From Octopus bimaculoides (taxonomy: Eukaryota), in assembly GCF_001194135.2 (NCBI RefSeq), contig NC_068982.1, forward strand, positions 31,875,388 to 31,939,387: a stretch of 64,000 nucleotides of DNA, in the 5' to 3' direction. A program made the translations under genes and the position numbers. The notes under the pieces were generated by a model. It worked only from the letters and a program-made list of their open reading frames with translations. It was not told the origin of the DNA and did not search any database. Below, one piece after another: positions 1 through 11,930 of the stretch; the stretch's first letter is position 1, and the number at the start of each line of letters is the position of its first letter.

Positions 1-1230
1 TACAAATACCTAGGGGTAATTGAAGGGGACAATATCAAGCATTCAGTGATGAGGGAAAGGATCAGAAAAGAATATTATCGCATGGTGAGAGCAATACTGA
101 AGACAGAGCTGAACACGAGAAACAGGATCGAAGCGATCAATGATCTAGCCATACCTATCTGAAAAACTCTGAGGACTGGATGCTAAAACTTGTCTTAAAA
201 TATGAAAGCAAGAAAGCATCTTACTCATTAACAAAACAGGCAAAGGAATATCTAAGTGAATTCCAATTGCAACAAATTCAAGAATTAGACGAACTAGAAA
301 CACCTGCAGAAAAAGCTAAGCGCTTGAAAACCCGTGNNNNNNNNNNNNNNNNNNNNNNNNNNNNNNNNNNNNNNNNNNNNNNNNNNNNNNNNNNNNNNNN
401 NNNNNNNNNNNNNNNNNNNNNNNNNNNNNNNNNNNNNNNNNNNNNNNNNNNNNNNNNNNNNNNNNNNNNNNNNNNNNNNNNNNNNNNNNNNNNNNNNNNN
501 NNNNNNNNNNNNNNNNNNNNNNNNNNNNNNNNNNNNNNNNNNNNNNNNNNNNNNNNNNNNNNNNNNNNNNNNNNNNNNNNNNNNNNNNNNNNNNNNNNNN
601 NNNNNNNNNNNNNNNNNNNNNNNNNNNNNNNNNNNNNNNNNNNNNNNNNNNNNNNNNNNNNNNNNNNNNNNNNNNNNNNNNNNNNNNNNNNNNNNNNNNN
701 NNNNNNNNNNNNNNNNNNNNNNNNNNNNNNNNNNNNNNNNNNNNNNNNNNNNNNNNNNNNNNNNNNNNNNNNNNNNNNNNNNNNNNNNNNNNNNNNNNNN
801 NNNNNNNNNNNNNNNNNNNNNNNNNNNNNNNNNNNNNNNNNNNNNNNNNNNNNNNNNNNNNNNNNNNNNNNNNNNNNNNNNNNNNNNNNNNNNNNNNNNN
901 NNNNNNNNNNNNNAGGAATGATAGCGAAACGGGCTGATTACTACCTAGCTCAGATACCAGGAAACCCCAAAATGGCTGAAGTTCAAAAGATAGTGCTCAT
1001 GGGAACTGCCCATATCCTACGTAAAATACTGTCTATGTGATCTCAAATTTTAAAACAAACATAATTTTCTTATGGTTTCTTAAACATCCTCTAGAACAAC
1101 ACTGTACAAATTCAAATATATGGTACCCTAGGCATAACACCTACATGAACTTCTAACTTGTTGTCTCTTGAGGTCTCTGGGTGAGACTTGGATCCAACTT
1201 GTACAAATGCAAAACAAAAGTCAAACATAA
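1..1230 (+). mobile_element. R4/Dong-like RLE non-LTR retrotransposon, family A, decayed 3' part (spans gap 337-913)
   Basis: Frame 1 reads YKYLGVIEGDNIKHSVMRERIRKEYYRMVRAILKTELN (post-RT). The ORF end IPGNPKMAEVQKIVLMGTAHILRKILSM and the 3' UTR match the copy at 50987-51995. Ends in (AAT)n. Confidence 0.9.
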
Positions 1231-1234
1231 AATG

Positions 1235-1290
<56 letters not shown>
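1231..1290. repeat. (AAT)n microsatellite between Dong-like 3' end and SINE tail
   Basis: Direct reading. Confidence 0.97.
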
Positions 1291-1291
<1 letters not shown>

Positions 1292-1495
1292 GTCTCAAAT
1301 TTTGCCACAAGGGCAGCAATCTTAGTGAAGGGAATGAGTCGATTACATCGACCCCAGTGTTTATGTCATATTGAATTTATGAACCTTGAAGGGATGAAGA
1401 GCAAAGACGACCTCGCGGAAATTTGAACTTAGAACGCAGCGTCAGACGAAATACTGGAAAGCATTTCGCCCGGCGTGCTAACGATTCTGCCAGCT
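1291..1495 (-). mobile_element. tRNA-derived SINE, family 1
   Basis: Reverse complement has an A-box-like AGCTGGCAGAATCGTTAGC head, a B-box-like GTTCAAATT and a GTCGATGTAATCGAC body shared with >15 copies in the window. Confidence 0.88.
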
Positions 1496-1539
1496 AGTGA
1501 TGAAATCTACTCTCATTAAAATTGATAATTCTGTAAAGA

Positions 1540-2335
1540 AAGATGAACTTAAAGAGGAAAAGAACACAAATAAAGAAACAGTATTGAAGGTGAAAACAAT
1601 GTACGGTCTGTTTGCAACAGATACGAACGCTAAGACAGATAGAGAAGCCCGGTGGCTATGAAATAGGATGAGTGACCTGAAGATAAAGCACTTATATGCG
1701 CATCACAAGAACAAGCGTTAAGGACTAACTATGTGGAGTGCAGGAATCGACAACACTACTGACAGTGACTAATGCAGAATGTGCGGTGAGAGGGGTGAAA
1801 CTTTATGGCACATCGTTAGCGAATGCCCGAAATTAGCACAACGCGTTTACAAACACCACATGACAATGTGGCAAGAATGATCCACTGGGAGCTCTGTAGA
1901 AATCACGGCCTACAAAGATCAAAGACGTGATATGAGCAAAGCCTAGAGAGTCACCAAGAATAAAAATTGTAAAATTGGGTGGGATGCAATGATTCAGTGC
2001 AATCACCTGATCAGACATCAGAAACCGGACATTGTTGTGGTGAATAAAAAAGAAAGAACATACATGATAATGGACATAGCATGTCCCGGTGGCAACAGAA
2101 TCAAAGAAAAAGAAGAAAAACTGAACAACTACGACGATTTGAAGTAGGAAATACGAAGGTTCGATCAATGAAGAGAGTAGACGTGATACCAATAGTAATT
2201 GGCGTACTTGGGAGTATCAGCACTCAACTACCAACATAGCTCAAAAAGATTGGTACAAATGAATGTAAGCATAAAACACCTACAAAAATCAGCATTGCTT
2301 GGAACTGCAAGTATTTTTCGCAGGGTTCTTGAAAT
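1540..2335 (+). mobile_element. R4/Dong-like fragment, family E (CCHC finger + RLE), decayed
   Basis: CRMCGERGETLWHIVSEC (CX2CX8HX4C), HWELC, KPDIVV, MDIACPG, LQKSALLGTASIFRRVLEM, with stops and frameshifts. Confidence 0.9.
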
Positions 2336-3068
2336 GATGATCAAGGAAGAGTTTAACCAAAGAGCTGAGGAGAAGAGAAAAGAAGACCTTCTTGAAATGA
2401 GAATGCATGGACAGCATGGCGTGAGCGAGGTGATTTGAAGCGTACTGCCGAAAGCCTGATCATTGCTACAAAAGACCAGGCTCTTGCTACCAATTCAGTG
2501 ACGTATAACATCTATAAAACTTCTGACACACGGAAGCGCAGACCCAGAAACGCTGACACCCAGAAATGCAGACACTGAAATGCAGACACCCAGAAATGCA
2601 GAGTGTGGAAAATGTGACCTACTTGGTAAGTGGATGTGAGAGACTTGCACAAAAGGAATACAAGCACCGCCCCGATAATGTGTGTGTATCTTCATTGGCT
2701 TTTATGCCATAAATACCAATATGAAGTAACAGAGAATGAGAATGTACCAAATAAAGCTATGCAAGAGGATGGAAAAGTAACGATACTCTGGGACTATGAT
2801 TTTCAAACGGATCGTGTAATCGAACACCGTCGGCCAGATATTGTCATATTGAATAAGAGAGACAAATAATGTCAGATCATTGATTTTGCCATAACAAATG
2901 ACATGAAAAAATCACCAAGTACTTCGAATTGAAAGTGGAAATGGCAAGATTGTGTGGAATGCGAGAGGGTAATGTAAAGGTGATACCAGTAGTGATCGGA
3001 GAGTTGGGCTCAATCCCATTGAAAGTTCGAGACTTCTTAAGGCAACTGGAAATCCCATGCAAGACTTA
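2336..3068 (+). mobile_element. Second R4/Dong-like 3' fragment (family B-like) joined head-to-tail to the preceding copy
   Basis: MHGQH, ESLIIATKDQAL, LAQKEYKHR, ILWDYDFQTDRVIEHRRPDIV, VIPVVIG motifs. Confidence 0.88.
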
Positions 3069-3069
3069 A

Positions 3070-3900
3070 GTGAGAGGGTGTACCACACAGGGCTTAAATA
3101 AGGCACCCCAATATCACTGGATTACTCCTGCACGTAAGTGTACCACGGAAAGGCACCACTGTCCCATTATTTCTCTCCATTCTACTGGCGCAAGTTAAAG
3201 TAGTCCCACTGACTCGGGGCATCCTCGTCACATTCACCTACTTCTCAACAAATTCACAGCGAGGTGAGAACAACTTTCTCAACCTTCACCTTCCTTTCGT
3301 AATAGAAATGAAAATCTCGATTAGGATTTAACCAAAGAGGAAAGTTTCCTTCATAAGTTCTTTCTGTTTCGTCCATCACACAACCTCTTTTATCTTAGCC
3401 ACCACTGAGAGAAAAATTGCCCGCCTTTTTCGTCCAAAGGAGGGTGGCAGGCGAATTTTATGAAGGAGACGGCTTACTGCCGGATCCGTATTACTCACAG
3501 TAGCAGCTACTCGACATAACTCCACAAGTCAACAATGCTCGGGCACTGTATGGATGAGTAAAGCGCTGTTTCGTCGCTCTGCAAGTATCTCGAGCAGCTT
3601 GGCTATCATTGATACCATGCCTTAAGAGTTTATCGCAAACCAGCAACACCAAGTCAGAGATTTCTAGAAATTATCCATAGGCCTTAGGCAGAAAAATCCT
3701 CCTGAATAGACCAGTCAGTATATTTTCGTTGACGCGCAGTGTTGCCCTGAGGTCGTCGTCGTGTTACCTGGAATTAATTACTTATAACGAAAATTCTACA
3801 AACCGTATTGCCAGACAGGCAGAGAAATTTGAGTGCCCCTCGATACTCTAGGTACCAGACGTCCTACTTCAGTTGAAACTTCAGTGATGATACTAACAAG
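3070..3900 (-). mobile_element. Tx1-like (L1 clade) ORF2 C-terminal fragment, decayed
   Basis: Minus-strand translation, across frameshifts, gives PMDNF*KSL, DKLLRHG, SCSRYLQSDETALYSSIQCPSIVDLWSYVE*LL (degenerate finger), AIFLSVVAKIKEVV*WT, RKVKVEKVVL. A second copy is at 45889-46012. Confidence 0.65.
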
Positions 3901-3961
3901 GAAGCGCTGAAATGGAGGGGCTAAAAACGAGTTAAGGTGTACATTAGATATTTTCCACGGA

Positions 3962-4063
3962 CGTGTGTGTGTGTGTGTGTGTGTGTGTTTGTGTTTGTGT
4001 GTGTGTGTGTGTATGTGTGCGCGTGTGTGTATGTGTGTGTGTGTGTGTGTGTGNNNNNNNNNN

Positions 4064-4123
<60 letters not shown>

Positions 4124-4124
4124 A
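3962..4124. repeat. (GT)n microsatellite with 10-N gap
   Basis: Direct reading. Confidence 0.97.
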
Positions 4125-4429
4125 TGTGTAAACATATACATAGACATGCAACTTTTTTGTAGATTGGATGTAATTAGCACTTCCCCAATAACATGTTCAT
4201 ATATGCCAGGGATATTCGAATAAGATTTTGAATTTAAAATGTCCGATGGTTGTCGACTGCACATGGATATAAAAGGCTAAGCTGCAATGTATTACCACTA
4301 ACAGATTTTATTATTTCTTATATTTCATTCAAGTCTATACAATGAGTATTTTGTATTGTGGCCGTGTAAAGACCTATAAAATACAATTTCTCACTATTTC
4401 TCTTTCTCCCCCTCTCTATTCCTCTGTAT

Positions 4430-4522
4430 ATATATGTATATTTATGAACATGCATATCCTTACATAGATACAAATATATATTCATGTCTGCACACATACA
4501 CATATATATGTACGTGTATTTA

Positions 4523-4553
<31 letters not shown>

Positions 4554-4690
4554 NNNNNNNNNNATATATATATATACATGCATATACTTTATATTATACA
4601 TATATATATGTATGTATGTATGTTTGTATGTATCTATGTATGTATGTATGTTTGTATGTATGTATGTACGTATGTATATACATGTATAAT
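4430..4690. repeat. Compound (TA)/(CA)/(TATG)n microsatellite
   Basis: Direct reading. Confidence 0.93.
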
Positions 4691-6118
4691 AAAATGAGTT
4701 TATCGGACATATGTGCATATAATTATGCATACAAAGATACATGTATGGAGGTGGTTGTGAATGTGTATAGATAGCTATATCTGTCTATTGTTCCAATAAA
4801 CGAGTCGGCTTATGGATCATTATTACTTTTATCATTACAGCACCGACTGCTGGCGCCGTTTTGTTTCTACACATTCCTACACAGAATGTTATGTAAGGGA
4901 AGTGAGTTTATGGTGTGAATAACAGACAATTGTAAAGCAGAATAGTTTGGTGCTAATAGAACCTATTTAATCTCTTACGTCACTTCGTTCAAGTTCTATT
5001 GTTACAGATGCATTTAGTGGTTTCACTCAATGTACAGCAATCAACATGTCAATTATGAATCCACACTCATACACCCGTTCGTCTGTAACGACGGTTCATG
5101 TTCTGGACTAGTAACCAAATGTGTAGCCTTACCTACAATATATTTGGGGAGAGGGTGTTCTTATTGTACTACAAACTTATTGCGTTACACCCACAATTTG
5201 GGTCTCATACCCTTAATCTTCAGATGTACAGCATTTCAGCTTTTGTCCATACATATGAACCGGCATAATTTCAAGTTATATACAACCATATCTACTTCAT
5301 CAATTTGAAAGGGTCTAAATGAGATGAAGGCTTGTTTCTTATTCTTAGGACTAAATACAAATGATATAGTTTATATCGATGAATGGTGAATCCTGTAACG
5401 TTTATAAAATATAGCAATAGAAAACAATGAAAAATATCTACAAATGTGGTGCAACCGCGGACTATGAAGGATCAGGGTACCAGAAGCCCCAAAATACTAT
5501 GAAAGCCGAACACAGCTTTACTCGGCTTTGGTAATCAGAGAAGCTGAAATAACTGGCCATCTTTTATGTGTTAATTTTACAACTTTGAATAAACCTTTCA
5601 GTCAATTTTCTTCAGGAAAGGATGCTACACTCCCTCTTATATTCCACTTTAAGTGATATCCCTGCAAACGTTGTTTCTCATAGACTCTAATCATTTATAT
5701 TACTAACCGCGTTATCGGATTAGAAGAAAACTGTAAGTTTTTGATAAAATTTCAGCTGCTAGGTAGGCTGTGATTACGTTCGACACAAGACTGTAGGTTT
5801 CTCAAAAGGACGAGCTGTGGGAGTGATTCACAAAAACCCATCTCACGTGCTCACAATTTCGGAATCTTTGCTGATGCCACATCCTTAATGCATGTGTTCG
5901 CGTTATCACACATGTCACATCTAGCGCTCTGCGCCGTAGAGGTTGTCAACAGAGAGAGCTTCTAAGAAAAATCTGATCCTTCCGTAAAAAGGTTTGGGCG
6001 GGTGAAAAATGGAACAAAGCATTTTATCTATTTATCCATCTATCTATCCGTCTGTCAGTCTGTCTGTCTGTCTCCTCTCTCTTCGTCTATCTATATATAT
6101 ATATATATATATATATAC

Positions 6119-6448
6119 AAGAATAAGGGCAGGGAATCGTCAATTAATAATAGTAATAATAGAATTAACAATTAACAATTTTGCCAAGTAGTTCAGTATG
6201 AAAAAACCTTTATCGGTAAAACCATTTATCATCATAAATATACAAGGATTAGCATTGAGTTGCTTCTCCAACATACTGAAAATTTAGAAATAGCAGTCAA
6301 AGAACTACTGATTCTAAACTACAAATTTTTCTCTAAATGGATGGCGATATTTATGGCACACATGGAACAAAAAACCGGAGGGGAAAGCATAAACAAAACA
6401 AGTCTTTAGTTAATCGGATACGATCGTTTCATGGTTAAGAGAATGAAA
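6119..6448 (-). mobile_element. Penelope-like terminal repeat, left arm, ending in (TA)n
   Basis: 6227-6448 is the reverse complement of 7075-7295. It carries the 3' half of the hammerhead motif on the minus strand and abuts (TA)n at 6093-6118. Confidence 0.6.
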
Positions 6449-7003
6449 NNNNNNNNNNNNNNNNNNNNNNNNNNNNNNNNNNNNNNNNNNNNNNNNNNNN
6501 NNNNNNNNNNNNNNNNNNNNNNNNNNNNNNNNNNNNNNNNNNNNNNNNNNNNNNNNNNNNNNNNNNNNNNNNNNNNNNNNNNNNNNNNNNNNNNNNNNNN
6601 NNNNNNNNNNNNNNNNNNNNNNNNNNNNNNNNNNNNNNNNNNNNNNNNNNNNNNNNNNNNNNNNNNNNNNNNNNNNNNNNNNNNNNNNNNNNNNNNNNNN
6701 NNNNNNNNNNNNNNNNNNNNNNNNNNNNNNNNNNNNNNNNNNNNNNNNNNNNNNNNNNNNNNNNNNNNNNNNNNNNNNNNNNNNNNNNNNNNNNNNNNNN
6801 NNNNNNNNNNNNNNNNNNNNNNNNNNNNNNNNNNNNNNNNNNNNNNNNNNNNNNNNNNNNNNNNNNNNNNNNNNNNNNNNNNNNNNNNNNNNNNNNNNNN
6901 NNNNNNNNNNNNNNNNNNNNNNNNNNNNNNNNNNNNNNNNNNNNNNNNNNNNNNNNNNNNNNNNNNNNNNNNNNNNNNNNNNNNNNNNNNNNNNNNNNNN
7001 NNN

Positions 7004-7295
7004 NTACCGTGAATTTTTTAGAGACACTTTCAAATTTATCAGAATATCAGACTGAAGATTTGAAATAGGGAAATTTTCATTCCCTTAACCATGAAACGAT
7101 CGTATCCGATTAACTAAAGACTTGTTTTGTTTATGCTTTCCCCTCCGGTTTTTGTTCCATGTGTGCCATAAATATCGCCATCCATTTAGAGAAAAATTTG
7201 TAGTTTAGAATCAGTAGTTCTTTGACTGCTATTTCTAAATTTTCAGTATGTTGGAGAAGCAACTCAATGCTAATCCTTGTATATTTATGATGATA
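7004..7295 (+). mobile_element. Penelope-like terminal repeat, right arm, ending in (TA)n
   Basis: Inverted copy of the left arm; contains a hammerhead-like motif; followed by TATATATAT. Confidence 0.6.
7046..7110 (+). ncRNA. Candidate minimal type I hammerhead ribozyme (extended, imperfect stem II)
   Basis: ATCAGA-CTGAAGA-(34 nt containing an AGGGAA/TTCCCT hairpin)-GAAA-C-GATC-GTA-TCCGAT. Stem I has 5/6 pairs; the GATC loop is palindromic. Confidence 0.55.
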
Positions 7296-7620
7296 TATAT
7301 ATATTCTTTTATTCTTTTATTCTTTTACTTGTTTCATTCATTTGACTGTGGACATGCTGGAGCACCGCCTTATTCTTTGTAAGACTGGTACTCATTCTAT
7401 CTGTCGTTTTTGCCGAAATGCTAAGTTTCGGGGACAAACATACCAGCATTGATTGTCAAGCGACGGCGGGGTACACACACACACACGAGCTTCTTTCAGT
7501 TTCCGTCTACTAAATCCACTCACAAGGCTTTGGTCGACCCGAAACTATAGTAGAAGACTCCTGCCTAAGGTGCCACGAAATGGAACTGACCCCTGAACCA
7601 TGTAACACACAGCCATGCCA
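7296..7620 (-). mobile_element. tRNA-derived SINE, family 2 (long composite)
   Basis: Shares CATGCTGGAGCACCGCC, AAATCCACTCACAAGGCTTTGGTC and TAGAAGAC blocks with 8300-8680; the tRNA-like head lies at the right end. Confidence 0.8.
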
Positions 7621-7690
7621 GACCGCTATGAAGACTTTAACTTTCCAAGACCCTGATTTGATGGTTTCAAAGAAAATATTTGGAACTTAC

Positions 7691-7841
7691 CGATGATAAC
7701 TTGAAAAGACTGTTTAACAAGATACAGGGTAAATTCCTCTTCTTTGTTGCGTTCATTTAGAAGCATTGACGCCAAAGAATATAACCAATAGCACAGCAGA
7801 GTTGATAGGGCTCTTCCATACATAAAAGATAATGTAATTTT
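7691..7841 (-). CDS. Candidate internal exon, unknown protein (KITLSFMYGRALSTLLCYWLYSLASMLLNERNKEEEFTLYLVKQSFQVII)
   Basis: Acceptor tttggtttcttag, donor CG/gtaagt, 151 nt, only one frame open; no homology recognised. Confidence 0.3.
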
Positions 7842-8299
7842 CTAAGAAACCAAATATTTGAAAACTGTCCGCAATATATCTCTACAAAATATCTGCAGAG
7901 AAAACTGTTACGGGCTAGATTTTGTCACTTCGAAGCAATTAACAGAGGTACATTTTCAGAGGAAACATCAAGAAGTAAACTTTCTTTCAACTGGAAATCT
8001 GCAATGGTGTAATTTATACAACAGTTGCAAAAATTTACTTCTTGTGACCGGACACTTCCTGTAGAAAAATAGCTTACAAGAGACTTACATGAAATACTTC
8101 AGTAAGCCTCACATGTCAAGGCTTCACTTACCGTGAACATCTGACGTGCTTTGTTGCCTAATAAAATTTGACTAGTAGCATTGTTAGTTAGCAACTGCCT
8201 ACAAATTTATGCACTACGCCATGCATTGAATGCACTTGCATTTTATTTATGCATATGTACATATACACCATATGTACGCACATATATCTTTAGCATTTA

Positions 8300-8680
8300 T
8301 CTTTTATCTTCTACTTGTTTCAGTCAATAGCTTGCGGTAAAGCTGGACCACCGCCTTGAAGAATTTTAGACGAACGAATCGACCCCAGTATATTTCCTTT
8401 TTGGATTACTTTTTGCCGGAGCCACTACGTTACGGGGACGTAAACATATCATCACCGGCTGGTGGATGACAATTAGAGACGCGAAGACGCACATACATAT
8501 GCACACACATAGATATTTTAACGACGGGTTTCTTTTAGTTTGCCAAATCCACTCACAACTCTTTGGTCGTTCCGAGAGTACAATAGAAGACACTCACCCA
8601 AGCTGCTACGCAGCGGGACTGAACCTGGAACCATGTGATTGCGAAGTAAACTTCTTATTACACAGGTACGCTTGCGCCTA
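8300..8680 (-). mobile_element. tRNA-derived SINE, family 2
   Basis: Same blocks as 7296-7620; the head ends ...GGGACTGAACCTGGAACCATGTG (reverse B box). Confidence 0.8.
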
Positions 8681-8889
8681 TATGTATATACAATATATTA
8701 AATTAAGTCAAACCAAATAATAGTATATTGGAGACATTTTATACGCACGCTTCAGTTAGTTGTACAATAGAAAAAAATGGAATTTCGTTTCTCCCGCAAA
8801 ATCTTCGTGGTTTATTCGGCTCCAATCGGAAATTCTCATAACGTGCATCGCTTCTAAACATAATAAGAATTATATATAAATATATGCAT

Positions 8890-8990
8890 GTAGGTATATA
8901 TATGTATGTATGTATGTATTAATAAGGTATTAAAACAGAATGTCTCTCCCCAAACAACAAAATACATATGTGCACACACATGCACACAGA

Positions 8991-9052
<62 letters not shown>

Positions 9053-9184
9053 AATACAGAGAGAGAGAGATACATATATACATACATACATACATACACA
9101 CATACATACATACATACATACATACATACAATCATACATACATCCATCCATCCATCCATCCATACATACATACATACATAAATA
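8890..9184. repeat. Compound (TATG)/(CA)/(TA)/(GA)/(CATA)/(CATC)n microsatellite
   Basis: Direct reading. Confidence 0.95.
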
Positions 9185-10962
9185 TACAAACTTGCAAACT
9201 GATTACCCTCAAGCAGGAAGTATAAGCTGTCAATGAAAAACTCCGACATCAGAAGAGAATAACTGAGGAAGAACTATAAACAAAAATTTAACCGCGACCA
9301 GGCAGCAGTACACAGAAACATGAAAGATACAGTGAACATCACAGAAGCTCCTTCACAAGAAGACATAGACTCCTTCTGGAGGAAAATCTGGAGTGAAGAG
9401 AAGGAGTTTGACCAAAATGCTTTGTGGCTGGAAGAAATCCAGAAAAGTTATTGCTCCTGTGTTACACCCAAGGCATACAATATTGATGGTGAAACTCTTG
9501 CAACAGTGATCCAGAACCTCCAAGATGGAGAAGCACCTGGAAGGGACTTGATCGCTGGAAATTGGTACAAGAAGCTAACCTTCTACCGCCTATGTCGTAT
9601 GAACTGTACTAGCAAGCTCTCAATGGGAACAGTAGCATACCATGCTAGTTAGCTCTGGCAGAGACAAAATTGATTCCCAAATGCAGAACCACCCACATGG
9701 CAAAAAACTACCGACCAACTGCATGCCAGAACTTAATGTATAAAATATATACAAGACCATTATGAAAGCAATAACATCATCACAGCAGAACAAGCAGCTG
9801 GGAAGAAGGGAGTCTGGGGATGTACCGAGCAATAGCTAATCAACAAAACTGTGATATCAGAGGTGCGAGAGCATAGGAAAAACCTTGTTTGAAATTGTAT
9901 AGACTACAAGTAAGCCTTTGATTCCGTTTCGCACTCATGGATGCCAAAAGCCCTCAACTTGCTAAAGTTCCAGTGAGCATAGTCAAAGCCATAGCTGACC
10001 TGACTTCATCGTGGGTCACCATCTTGAAATTAAACATAAAGAGTCACTGTATTATCACTGGTAAAATACAGTATCGTAAAGGCATATTCCAAGGGGACAA
10101 CCTCTCTGTAGTGTTGTTTATACTTTCTGTAAATCCCTTGTCATTCACGCTAAGGAAGTCTGGAAGATATCTCACTGGTTCACAAGGGAACAGAAATACC
10201 AACATTACACACTGTTTTTTGTGGATGACTTGAAACTTTATGTAAAGAATATGAATGAGATGAAAAAGAGCCTTTACTTAGTTACAACATTCTGAAACGA
10301 TGTAGGGTTGGAGTTAGGTCAGGATAAATGTTGTTACATGGTTGTGAAAAGGGAGGAAACCATAAACCAGCCTAGTATTGTCTCCATCAATGATTTGATT
10401 GTTTCCCCCTATATCTGACGAGGAATGTTACATGTAGCCAGGGGTGGATGAAAACATATCTTACAATGACATCTGTAACAAAACACGCGTCATTAAAAAA
10501 TATTACAGCCGAATAAAGAAAATTTGGACCTCAGAACTTTTTGCATTCAATAAAACAGCGGCCCACAATATGTTTGCAGTGCCAGTACTCATACCAACAT
10601 TTGGGCTGCTTGATGAGAACCGAACCATTGATGAGAAAACCCGAAAATTACTAACAAGCTCACATAATTTCCACATAAACAGTGACATAGACCATCACTA
10701 GCTAAAACCAAAACAAGGCGGCAGAGGCTTAGCATCGATCCAAATTGCCTTTCATCACCTGAACTGTAAAAATCTGTAAAACTTTTCAGAAGCTCCTACA
10801 CATAAAGCAAAACATAGAAATTTGCAGATATACATACATACATACATACATACATACATACAAAAATACCCTGTTGTTGATGTTGAAATTCCAATGACGA
10901 AGATTTGGATCTAGGTTAGAAACCGGCTCTTTCTCTATTGGCAAGAAAATAAAACTTAATGA
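9185..10962 (+). mobile_element. R4/Dong-like element, family D, RT region with internal deletion to the 3' end
   Basis: FWRKIWS, APGRDLIA, KNYRP, EQAAGKKG, AFDSVSH, KGIFQGDNLS, VDDLKLY (catalytic DD), GGRGL. It then jumps to the 3' terminus shared with 36968-38644. Confidence 0.92.
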
Positions 10963-10999
10963 TAGCATATGCACACAATAAAATACATAGAGTTAGATA

Positions 11000-11129
11000 C
11001 ATATATTGATAGATAGATACATACATACATACATAAATATATACATACATACATGCATACATATATACACACATTTATACATATATATGTACTTACGTAC
11101 AGGAGTGATATGTGCGTGTGTATGTAGTA

Positions 11130-11225
<96 letters not shown>
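11000..11225. repeat. (GATA)/(CATA)/(GT)n microsatellites
   Basis: Direct reading. Confidence 0.95.
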
Positions 11226-11227
<2 letters not shown>

Positions 11228-11550
11228 ATGTAGCGTGTAAAGTTTATCATAAAACGTCTATAAAATATGTTTTAAAAGTTTTCAATCACATTTATCAATC
11301 TTAAAGATTACGTTATCTAATATTGCAACATTTTGAATATATCGTGACTGATATTAATACTGAAGACTCTATAAAATCCTAATGCTCGAAAATTTGACAT
11401 ATAACGTTGAAGTTGTGATTTTAATTGGCCAGATTTTAAAAGAGCAACTTTCCATTCGTACAAAGTCGCCAATATAGCTACACATGTGTAATACATACGC
11501 GAACATATGTGCATACACACACATGCACAAACATATATGCATACACACAT

Positions 11551-11622
<72 letters not shown>

Positions 11623-11930
11623 GTGTGTGTGTGTGTGTGCATGTATGTATGCATGTATGTATTTTTGCTTTCATACATACATACATACTCATAAACCTAC
11701 TTTTCAAATCAATATTTGATTCTGTTTCCTTAAATTTGGTGTTCAAATCTCGACTAGAGAACCTCTGCATTTCATCATTCTAGGAGTGCTCATATGTTAG
11801 CGTGTAGGGAAGTGTATGCAGCACCCCAGCGTAGTCATCGTTTTATCACAAAATCTAGGAAAGTATAGCCTCTTTCTTCCTTTTCCGATACACACACATA
11901 CATGTAGTTACTTTTCTATCACCACCATAC

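Noticed and set aside
5492-5530. AAAGCCGA/TCGGCTTT hairpin
   Set aside because: An 8-bp stem is expected by chance in 64 kb
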